64,000 nucleotides of DNA, from positions 16,445 to 80,444 of the forward strand of contig CAIWAD010000124.1 in NCBI GenBank assembly GCA_903910645.1, in the 5' to 3' direction. Position numbers and translations under genes: made by a program. The first letter of the stretch is position 1. The number at the start of each line of letters is the position of its first letter. This DNA is from an uncultured bacterium. Its GTDB lineage: Bacteria > CAIWAD01. The notes under the pieces are model-generated. The model ran no database searches, was not told the origin of the DNA, and worked only from the letters and a program-made list of their open reading frames with translations. Below, in pieces: positions 8,162 through 16,487 of this stretch.

Positions 8162-11100
8162 TCACAAGCCTGTGCCGACGGCGGTGACCACGAAGCATGC
8201 GCCCGGGCCCGCCACCGGCAGAGAATGACTGGTTCCGCCCGTTTCCGCCAGGGGGGCGCCGGAGGGCGCGTCCCAGGGATGGGCCAATTGATGGATGCGA
8301 TAGGAAATGGCTCCCGGCACCACCGCCCAGCTGAGAAGCACGGTTCCATCGGGCTGCACCGATGCGCTCAGCACCGGCGCGGCGGGCGCCACCGCCACGG
8401 GATTGTTGGGCGCCACGCCCATGAGCGGCATGGGTCCGGCCAGGGGTGGCTGGGCGAAGGTCCACCAGCTGTTCAGCGTGACATTGGTGCCCACGGGATT
8501 GGCCTGGGGCCAGGCCACCACCGTTACCTGGTTGTTCTCCTGGGTGAAGTGGGCGCACAACGCCAGGCCCACGGGGTTGCCCAATTCGCTCCAGGGGATG
8601 CGCAGCTCCGTCAGCGTGTTGCCCGTCCAGCCCTCGTAACTGAGGCCCGTGTGGGTGCCGAACTGGCGGTAGGTCCAGGCGCCGGCACTCCATCGGTTGA
8701 TCTGCATGCTGTTGCCGCCGCCCTCCACCGCCACGCAGTATTCGGGGCGATGGGCCGTGGTGTAGCCCACACGGCTCCATGAGTCACGCGTGGCGCCGCT
8801 TCCCGCCACCAGATCCGTGTCGATGCCAAGAAAGAAATCCCCCAGGGAAAGGGCGCGACCGTGCCAGCCCACATAGAGTGCCTGGCTGTCCCAGGTAAGG
8901 AAAAGGCTGTCGCTGCGGGATTCCATCAGCTCCGTGGAAGGGATGAAGTCCCAGGTGCCATCCACCAGCACGCTGTGGGGCGTTGTGCCGTTGGGCACAG
9001 TGAACGCCGCCGTGTCGGCGGCGGGATCCACCAGATTCCCGGCCACATCCCGCACACCCACGGCGCGCAGGGAGCCGGACATGCCGCCGCTCAAGCCCGA
9101 CAGCCTTAGATAGACCCGCCGCGTGTAGGCCTGGCGCTCCGCTGACAGAAGGGTGACACCGCCCGGGAAGCCGCTCAGTTGCCAGCTGCCGGCAAGTTCC
9201 GCGCTGACTTCGTCCACGGCCTCATTGAAATCCACCACGGCAATGTTCGGGGCAATGAAGGCCGCCGTGCCCACCACCTGGGGGCCCTTCACATCCAGGT
9301 CCGTGGCAGCCAGGTCAAGAAGCTCGGGCACTTGTCCCTGTGCGTTGGGAGCCGTGCTGCGTCCGGCATAGAAGAGATAGCGGAAACGCCCGTCGCCGCG
9401 AATTTCGTCACCCTTCACCAGGGTGCCCTGGAAGTCCGAGGAATGCAGGGCGCCACCGTTGCCCAACACCAGCGCGGCCGTCCAGCCGGTGGTGGTGTTG
9501 CGCTGGCCCATCCAGTCGCTCTGGGGCCAGGATGCCCCGGGATCCCACAAGCGCGTGGTGCGGGCATTCCACAAAAGATCCAGGTAGTCCGGCGTGAAGC
9601 CGTGTTTCACCCAGGTCTCCGACGGCGTGTCGTAATCGCAGGTGATCCAGGGCTGGCCGGCTTGCACCGTGAAGCTCTTCACCAGCCCGCCACTGTGGAC
9701 AAGGCGCACCCGGGCGAATCCCGCGCCCAGGCTGTCAACGGTCATGGCGTAGGGATCATTCTCCGTGAGGGGGCTTACATCGCTGAAGGCCGCCACATGA
9801 TTGTTGGAGGAGCCATCGTTGAAATCACCCTCCGTGTCAACCCAGTAGGCGCTGCAGGAGCCCACCAGGCTGACGGCGTCGGTGCTGTCCTTGGCGAAGA
9901 TCCACGGGGCGCGGCCGCCGTTGGACTCGAAGACCGCCAGCACGCGATCACTGAAGAGCACCATCTCCTCCACGCCGTCGGCGTCCACATCCGCCGCCTG
10001 GGCGCCGGTGCCCTGCCAGGCCTGGCCGCCTTGCCAGCGCCCCGCCTCGGCGTAGACGCGGGCGTTCTTGATGTGCGAGGCATAGCGATGGATCCAGCCA
10101 CTCACCTCGCTGCCATCATGCCATCCGGTTTCGTAGAGATTGGTCATGAGCACATACCAGGCCAGGGTGGACAGATCGTTGTCCGGGCTGCCCATCACCC
10201 AGTTCCAGCTTTGATCCCAGCTTTGGCCGTAATTCCACTGGGGGCTGTGCAGGTCGCTGTGGCTGGGGCTTCCGGCGAAATGCCCATACCAGCTGTTGCG
10301 CGTGCCCGGGCTGAGCCAGTCCGAACCATAACCACCCCGCCCGCCCAACAGGCCGTAAGTGCCGTTCTGCAGGTTGATGGCGCCGCCGCCAAATCCGCCC
10401 AGGGCGTTGTCCAGCTTCATGGACTCCACGCTCCCCGCGGCGCCGGCGATTTGCTGCACCAGCCAGATCATGTTGTTCAACGCACTGGGGAACTGGTCCC
10501 CGAAACCCGCCACCTCCGCCACCACTTCCCAGTCCGTGCCGTAGACCAGCAGTTCATCGGCGCTGGAATCCAGGATCATGTTCCAGGCACTGCCCGCGTC
10601 CCAATGGCAGGCACCGGTGAAGGAGCCGTTGATGGGAATGACCTGCAGATCGCCCTGGCCGGGCACATTGATGGTGTAGATGTGGCGGTCGTTGGCCCAG
10701 TTGTTCTGGTAGTCGCAGTGCTCCTCCTGGTCCAGCAGCACGCCCCACACGCCGTGCGGCAGCCAGTCATCGCCAATCCAGTCCACCACATGGGGCGAAG
10801 TGTCCCAGGCGTTGCCGTCGTTGTCCGTGGGGCTTACCCACACACGCTCCGGCACCCAGGCCACATGGGGCGTGTAGCCGTAGCGCCAGGCGGTCATCTG
10901 CGCGTGGGTGTGCACGGACCAATCGTTCATGCTGTCCTGCACGAAGGGCATGATGTGCTGGGCGTAGGCGCTGGTGAGCATGCCGGCCCACCCCTCGGAC
11001 ACGCCGCGTGTGAGCCAGGCGTTCCAACCTTCCACCGCGCCGGTGGGGTAGTACCACTCCGCCGCCGTTTGCAGGGGGCCGGACACATGGAAGTTGGCGG

Positions 11101-11878
11101 GCACATTGAGCACATCGTGCAGGCCCAGGATCTCGTCGAAGCCGTTGTGGGCGCTGCCGGTGTTCAGGTAGTCCATGAAGTGCTGGCCGTGGGCGGAGGC
11201 TTCGTCCCCCCACAGCACATCCGTCCAGGTAAGGCCCTGGTTGCCGTGGTGCACAAAAGCCACATGGTGGTTGACCCGTTCGCCATCGCGGCTGGCCACA
11301 TCGTCCACCGCGGGACTGGTCACGGTGCCCTCATGCGTGCTTAGACGCAAGGGAGCCTCCACACCCAGCAGGGCCGTCCATTCAACCCAATCCGCCGGCA
11401 GCCACAGCTCCATCACGGTGGCGCCAAGGGCCCGGCGCAGATCCGGCCGCGCCTTCTCCACCGTTCGCCACTGGCCCTGTTCCAGGACCTGGCGCTCCAG
11501 ACGCTCGTCGCCATTCAACACCAGACGCGCCGCCTTGGCCCCGTCCTGCGCCTCCACCACCAGCAGGGACTTGTCCTGCCAAGCATCGCGGGTGCCCACG
11601 CGCAGCACGGCCTGACCGTCCAGCACGCCAGCGCAGGCCAGGCTCAAGTCCAGGTCCTGACGCTGCAACCCATCAACTGCGTCCAGACCCACCATGCGCA
11701 GGCCGGGCGTGAAGCCTGGAGCATTGCCCAAGGGGGCTGCATATCCACCACCAGCAAGCATACACGGAAGCAGTATGCCCAAAATCAGCTTTGCGCCTGG
11801 GTGAAAATGAATGGGGGGATGGACTGGCCGCGGCATGGAAGCCCTTTCATCATCATAGGAACCCGCGAGAGCGAGCAA
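8162..11878 (-). CDS. Large secreted GH57-like glycoside hydrolase multidomain protein (the start may be the ATG at 11836)
   Basis: VAFVHHGNQG, FHVSGPLQTAAEWYYP, AWVPERVW and LVYGTDWEVVAE resemble GH57 conserved regions. Signal-like AKLILGILLPCMLAGGG. The FN3-like tail LSWAVVPGAISYRIH is similar to that of the neighbouring gene. Confidence 0.45.
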   Translation of the reverse strand: MLALAGSYDDERASMPRPVHPPIHFHPGAKLILGILLPCMLAGGGYAAPLGNAPGFTPGLRMVGLDAVDGLQRQDLDLSLACAGVLDGQAVLRVGTRDAWQDKSLLVVEAQDGAKAARLVLNGDERLERQVLEQGQWRTVEKARPDLRRALGATVMELWLPADWVEWTALLGVEAPLRLSTHEGTVTSPAVDDVASRDGERVNHHVAFVHHGNQGLTWTDVLWGDEASAHGQHFMDYLNTGSAHNGFDEILGLHDVLNVPANFHVSGPLQTAAEWYYPTGAVEGWNAWLTRGVSEGWAGMLTSAYAQHIMPFVQDSMNDWSVHTHAQMTAWRYGYTPHVAWVPERVWVSPTDNDGNAWDTSPHVVDWIGDDWLPHGVWGVLLDQEEHCDYQNNWANDRHIYTINVPGQGDLQVIPINGSFTGACHWDAGSAWNMILDSSADELLVYGTDWEVVAEVAGFGDQFPSALNNMIWLVQQIAGAAGSVESMKLDNALGGFGGGAINLQNGTYGLLGGRGGYGSDWLSPGTRNSWYGHFAGSPSHSDLHSPQWNYGQSWDQSWNWVMGSPDNDLSTLAWYVLMTNLYETGWHDGSEVSGWIHRYASHIKNARVYAEAGRWQGGQAWQGTGAQAADVDADGVEEMVLFSDRVLAVFESNGGRAPWIFAKDSTDAVSLVGSCSAYWVDTEGDFNDGSSNNHVAAFSDVSPLTENDPYAMTVDSLGAGFARVRLVHSGGLVKSFTVQAGQPWITCDYDTPSETWVKHGFTPDYLDLLWNARTTRLWDPGASWPQSDWMGQRNTTTGWTAALVLGNGGALHSSDFQGTLVKGDEIRGDGRFRYLFYAGRSTAPNAQGQVPELLDLAATDLDVKGPQVVGTAAFIAPNIAVVDFNEAVDEVSAELAGSWQLSGFPGGVTLLSAERQAYTRRVYLRLSGLSGGMSGSLRAVGVRDVAGNLVDPAADTAAFTVPNGTTPHSVLVDGTWDFIPSTELMESRSDSLFLTWDSQALYVGWHGRALSLGDFFLGIDTDLVAGSGATRDSWSRVGYTTAHRPEYCVAVEGGGNSMQINRWSAGAWTYRQFGTHTGLSYEGWTGNTLTELRIPWSELGNPVGLALCAHFTQENNQVTVVAWPQANPVGTNVTLNSWWTFAQPPLAGPMPLMGVAPNNPVAVAPAAPVLSASVQPDGTVLLSWAVVPGAISYRIHQLAHPWDAPSGAPLAETGGTSHSLPVAGPGACFVVTAVGTGL

Positions 11879-12022
11879 AAATGACGCCAGAAGGTCGGAC
11901 AGGCTTTCTTATTGATAATCATTGGCTTGGCTTGAAAAATCCACGAAGGGATGGGAATTGCCTTGCTCATAGCGCCGGAAATTGAACAGCATGGGGGAGC
12001 AATCCAAAAGAGGGTTCAGGAG

Positions 12023-13180
12023 TCAGGATCTTTCCATCCACCACAAGCCCAGGCCGGCCACCGCCAACAAGAGGCCACTTGCCAGGAAAGCGCCGGGCAG
12101 ACCCACACCGTTCACCAGGGGAGCTGCCAGGAAGGGTGTGCAGAACTGTCCCAGGAAAATGGAGCTGCTCATCACCGCCACGGCGCGGGCGCGGGCGGCA
12201 TCGGGCACATGGGCGTTCAACCAGGCGGTGAAGTTGGGGCGGGCCAGCCCGAAACCCACGCTGGCCACTGCCAGACCGGCCAGGATGGGCCAGTAGCCCA
12301 GCGTGGTCCACACCAGCGCATAACCCAGTCCCACCAATCCAAAGCTTAGGGCGAACAAGGGTCCCACGGCCAGGCGTCGACGCAGGCGAGCGTACTGCAG
12401 CGACGCCAACCCGGCGAAGAGCGTGGCCCCACTGATGGCCCCCGCGATGGCGCCGGGGGAGTGGACACCCAGCTCGCCCAACAGGAAGGGCGTCTGCACC
12501 GGGGTGTAGTAGAACACCACCATGTGCACGAAAGCCATGGCTCCCATAAGCATCAGAAAGCCGCGCAGGCGCTTGCGGGTGGGGGCGTCCAGGGCTTTGG
12601 CGCGATCCACATGGCGCACCGGTTCCGGCAGCAGCAGGACCGCCGCAAAGGCAAGGGGCAAGGGCAGGAGGTAGACCCAGAAGGGACCGCGCCAGCCCAT
12701 GGCCTCCGCCAGGAAACCTCCCATCAGCTGGAAGGCCACGCCGCCAAAGGACATGAAGGCATTCTGCCAGCCCAGCACGCGGCGGCGCTCCTCGCCGTCC
12801 CAATACTCCAGAACCAGGGTGGTGGCGCTGGTCATGATGAGGCCCACAGCGAAACCCAGCAAGGCGCGGCCAACCAGGAGGCTGCTCAGGCTGCCCGCCC
12901 ACAGGCCCTGGGAACCGGCCAAGGCATAGAGCACCAAGCCTGGCAACAGCACCTTGCGCCGCCCGTGGCGATCCGCCAGCCAGCCAGCCAGCGGCGCCGC
13001 CAATGCCGTGAAAAGGCCTGGCAGGGTGAGAACCAGCTTGACCAGGGTGGGATCGCCGCCGAAGTGTCCACTCATCAAGCCCAGGCCAGGGGCAATGGTG
13101 GCGCCGGCCATGACGGTTAGACTGCTGGAGCAAAGCAGCGTGAGCAGTGCGCCGCGCCGCGTGATGGCCGGAGCCTTCAC
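12023..13180 (-). CDS. MFS transporter
   Basis: About 12 predicted TM segments. The loop GWLADRHGRRKVLL is the MFS signature between TM2 and TM3. Confidence 0.8.
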   Translation of the reverse strand: MKAPAITRRGALLTLLCSSSLTVMAGATIAPGLGLMSGHFGGDPTLVKLVLTLPGLFTALAAPLAGWLADRHGRRKVLLPGLVLYALAGSQGLWAGSLSSLLVGRALLGFAVGLIMTSATTLVLEYWDGEERRRVLGWQNAFMSFGGVAFQLMGGFLAEAMGWRGPFWVYLLPLPLAFAAVLLLPEPVRHVDRAKALDAPTRKRLRGFLMLMGAMAFVHMVVFYYTPVQTPFLLGELGVHSPGAIAGAISGATLFAGLASLQYARLRRRLAVGPLFALSFGLVGLGYALVWTTLGYWPILAGLAVASVGFGLARPNFTAWLNAHVPDAARARAVAVMSSSIFLGQFCTPFLAAPLVNGVGLPGAFLASGLLLAVAGLGLWWMERS

Positions 13181-13728
13181 TCATCCTCCACAAGGCGTCG
13201 AAGGCGACGCACATGGTGGATTTCCAGGGCCACCAGGGCCCAGAAGAGCAGCATGAGCAGCAGGAAGGCGCGGGTTTCCATTCCAGCGGGCCGCCACCAG
13301 TCCAGCCCCACCGGCAAAGCCAGCACCAGGGGCAACTGGGCCAGGATGTGCCAGAAAGCCTCGCCCGGCAGGCGCACCGGCTTCACGCCTCCCACCTGCA
13401 GGTCGCCGACCTGGCGCAGCTTGCGGGCCCAGGCGCGATTCTCCTGCAGAAGGTGCAGCCAGGCCAGGAGCAGAGCCAGCCAGGGGCTGGTGTGCAGGTT
13501 GAAGAAGCCATCCACCAGGGGATTCACTACCAGCAGGATGATGAGCAGGTACAGGCCCTTCACCCAGAACCGATGCCGCTCGCGCTCCAGTTGCTGGTTC
13601 AGGGCTTCATCCACCACGCACCATTCATGGCGATGAAGGGAGACCAGCCACGCGGCCCTGCCATCGGCGGAGCGGCCCTGCACCCCGGTAACTGCCGTGG
13701 GCAGTCCATCGAAGTGGAAAGGGGCCAC
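13177..13728 (-). CDS. Hypothetical membrane protein
   Basis: Hydrophobic segments (GLYLLIILLVVNPLV, FLLLMLLFWALVAL). ATGA overlap with the MFS gene, and the start abuts the kup stop. Confidence 0.5.
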   Translation of the reverse strand: MAPFHFDGLPTAVTGVQGRSADGRAAWLVSLHRHEWCVVDEALNQQLERERHRFWVKGLYLLIILLVVNPLVDGFFNLHTSPWLALLLAWLHLLQENRAWARKLRQVGDLQVGGVKPVRLPGEAFWHILAQLPLVLALPVGLDWWRPAGMETRAFLLLMLLFWALVALEIHHVRRLRRLVEDE

Positions 13729-15846
13729 CTAGATTTCGTCCTGCATGCCCAACTCCACCACCCGGCCCGTGGGGATGCCGAAGAAGGTGCGTGCGCTGCG
13801 CGCGTTGCGGGACAGGAAGATGTAGAGCATGCGCCGCCACTTGGTCAGGTAGGTGCGCCCGGAATCGATGAGCGTGATGTGCCCCAGGTAATAGCTCACA
13901 TGGTTGAGGTTGATGTGCAGGCCGGGCAGGTTCTTGAGGATGGCGGGCACGCTAACCCCTTCCATGTAGCCGTGGCGCACATCCACCTGGTAGAATCCCA
14001 TGCCCAGTTCCCGCACCGTGGCCTTTTCGTCGAAGGGGATGGTGGGGTGCCGCTCCACCATCACGCTCATCACGATCACCGTCTTGTGCAGGACCTTGGT
14101 GTGCTTCAGGTGGTGAAGCATGATGCGTGGCACGGTGCCGCTGTTCTGGGTCAGGAATACCGCCACCTCGCCCACCCGCGCTATGGGCGTTGAGCTTTCG
14201 GCCATTTCCGCCAGGAACTGCTCCATGGGCATCAGGCTGGCCTGCACGCGGCGGCGCAAGGCAAGGTTGCCGGATTTCCAGGTGGTCATCACGGCAAAGA
14301 GCACGGCGCCCATGGCCAGGGGGAACCAGCCGCCGTGGGCGATTTTGATGATGTTCCCGGCGGTGAAGATGAAGTCAATGGCCAGGAAGGCCCCGCAAAG
14401 GGCCAGCGCGCGCCACAGGGGCCAGTTCCAGCGGGCCAGGGCCACCGCGAAGAAGAGGCAGGTGGTGATGGTCATGGTGCCCATCACGGCGATGCCGTAG
14501 GCCGCCGCCAGATTGGTGCTGCTGCGGAAAATGATCACTGCCGCCAGACAGGCCGCCATGAGCAGGTAATTCACCACGGGCACATAGATCTGGCCACGCA
14601 TGCTGTGGGATGTGTGATGCACCTGAAGGCGGGGCATGTAGCCCAGCTGCATGGCCTGCTGGGCCAGACTGTAGCTGCCGGTGATAAGGGACTGGGAGGC
14701 GATGATGGCCGCGCTGGTGGAGATGAACAGCAGGGGCCAGGTGAACCAGCCGGGACTCAAGGCATAAAAGGGATTGGCCACGCCGGCGGGTTCCGCCAAC
14801 ACCGATGCGCACTGGCCGAAGTAGTTCAACAGCAGGCAGGGCATGACCAGCAAGGTCCACGAGAGTCGGATGGGCAGTCGTCCGAAGTGGCCCATGTCCG
14901 CGTACAGGGCCTCGCCACCTGTGATGCACAGCACCACGCTGCCCAACACCAGCACGCCGTGCCAGCCATAATGCTGGAAGAAGTGAAGGATGTGCAGGGG
15001 ATTCACCGCGCCAAGAATCTCGGGGCTCTGCAGGATTCCCCCCACTCCCAGCACGGCAATGGAGGCGAACCACACCAGCATCATGGGGCCGAAGACCGTG
15101 CCGATGCGGTCCGTGCCGTGGCGCTGCACCAGAAAGAGCGCAACCAGAATGAGGATGGAAACAGGCAACACCAGGGATTTCATGCCGGGCAGGGCCACAT
15201 CCAGGCCCTCCACCGCGCTGAGCACGGTGATGGCCGGGGTGATGACGCCATCCGACAAAAGCAGTGCCGTGCCCGCAATGGCCAAGCCGGAGATGAGAGC
15301 CACCGTGCGCGGCACATCTTTGCGGGACAGGGCGGCGCGGCGCTGGGCCCGACGACTGGCTTCCTGACTCAGTTTCTGGTACTTGGCCCGCAGGTGATCC
15401 GCTTTCTCCTTCTCACCCGCATCCAGCAGGGCTTGCACTTCGGCACTGCGGCGTTCCGCCAGCCGCTTGTCCGCGGCGCGGCGCTCCGCCTCGGCGGGAC
15501 GGCCGGCTTCCACGCGTTCCTTTTCCCGCACCTGATGGGCCGCAATGAGCTTCTGGACGCTGCCCGCGCTTAGGGCCAGGGCCAACAGGCTCATCATGCC
15601 GCCTTCACCCTCGTTGTCCGCCAGCAGGATGAAGCCCAGGTACTTCACCATCACCACAATGACCATGGACCAGAAAACCAGGCTCATGACGCCGAACACG
15701 GTGACGGCGTCCACCTGCAGGTTGTAGTGGGTGCCCAGGGACTCCTTGATGGTGTAAAGGGGCGAAGTGCCAATGTCGCCGAAGACCACGCCCACGGCCG
15801 TGAGGCAAAGTCCCAGCAGACCGCGGTTGGTGATGTGCTTGTCCAT
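13729..15846 (-). CDS. kup: KUP/HAK/KT potassium uptake protein with an Arg/Glu/Ala-rich insertion of about 85 aa
   Basis: GVVFGDIGTSPLYT, ADNEGEGG and VITPAITVLSAVEGL are Kup motifs. The protein is 705 aa, against about 620 aa for typical Kup. Confidence 0.9.
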   Translation of the reverse strand: MDKHITNRGLLGLCLTAVGVVFGDIGTSPLYTIKESLGTHYNLQVDAVTVFGVMSLVFWSMVIVVMVKYLGFILLADNEGEGGMMSLLALALSAGSVQKLIAAHQVREKERVEAGRPAEAERRAADKRLAERRSAEVQALLDAGEKEKADHLRAKYQKLSQEASRRAQRRAALSRKDVPRTVALISGLAIAGTALLLSDGVITPAITVLSAVEGLDVALPGMKSLVLPVSILILVALFLVQRHGTDRIGTVFGPMMLVWFASIAVLGVGGILQSPEILGAVNPLHILHFFQHYGWHGVLVLGSVVLCITGGEALYADMGHFGRLPIRLSWTLLVMPCLLLNYFGQCASVLAEPAGVANPFYALSPGWFTWPLLFISTSAAIIASQSLITGSYSLAQQAMQLGYMPRLQVHHTSHSMRGQIYVPVVNYLLMAACLAAVIIFRSSTNLAAAYGIAVMGTMTITTCLFFAVALARWNWPLWRALALCGAFLAIDFIFTAGNIIKIAHGGWFPLAMGAVLFAVMTTWKSGNLALRRRVQASLMPMEQFLAEMAESSTPIARVGEVAVFLTQNSGTVPRIMLHHLKHTKVLHKTVIVMSVMVERHPTIPFDEKATVRELGMGFYQVDVRHGYMEGVSVPAILKNLPGLHINLNHVSYYLGHITLIDSGRTYLTKWRRMLYIFLSRNARSARTFFGIPTGRVVELGMQDEI

Positions 15847-16005
15847 GGAGTGGGCGCGCCTACGCCTGGGCCGGGCAGCGCCGGCGGGGGGATGGGATCT
15901 TGGTCACGTGCTTTGCCTGTCCTTCAGCAAGACTGCGCCCGACTTTGGTGAGGAGCCGCCAAAGGTAGTCCCCCCACCGGGTCCCCACAAGGGTCAGCCA
16001 CGGCC

Positions 16006-16419
16006 CTATGCAGACTTCTCCGATGACGGGAGGAAGTTCTTGTAATGTTTCTCCGCGCAGCCCGGGCAGATGCCATGGCTGAACTCCGCCTCTGAGTGCT
16101 CCTTCACATAACTCTCCACCGGACGCCAGGTACCTGCGTCGTCCCGGATCTTGTGGCACACACAGCAGATGGAAAGCAGGCCGCGCAGGGTTTTCAAACG
16201 GTGCACCAGCGTGCGCGTGAAGAACAGCACTACCAATGCGCAGCCAATGACCATGGTGGTTTCAATCAGGCCTTCCACCCAATTGACCGGCGTGGCCTGG
16301 AATCCAAAGAGCTTGTGCGGCAGGTCCAGGACCTCGTCCAGCCACATAATGGCCACTACGGCCAGAAAACCCGCGGCTTCCAGCAAGGCCATGCGTCGCA
16401 ACAGACCTGATTCCCGCAT
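16006..16419 (-). CDS. Small membrane protein with a C-terminal Cys4/His-rich module (CxxCHKIRDD...FSHGICPGC)
   Basis: I chose the ATG at 16419, preceded by a GGAGG; the 172-aa ORF-track version overlaps the upstream gene. Two TM helices are followed by SICCVCHKIRDDAGTWRPVESYVKEHSEAEFSHGICPGCAEKHY. Confidence 0.6.
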   Translation of the reverse strand: MRESGLLRRMALLEAAGFLAVVAIMWLDEVLDLPHKLFGFQATPVNWVEGLIETTMVIGCALVVLFFTRTLVHRLKTLRGLLSICCVCHKIRDDAGTWRPVESYVKEHSEAEFSHGICPGCAEKHYKNFLPSSEKSA

Positions 16420-16487
16420 GTGAACCTCCGCTGTGCCGCCCTTGAAGCCCCCTTGCGAAGGCAGGGCCTCCCAAGACGGACGCAGGA

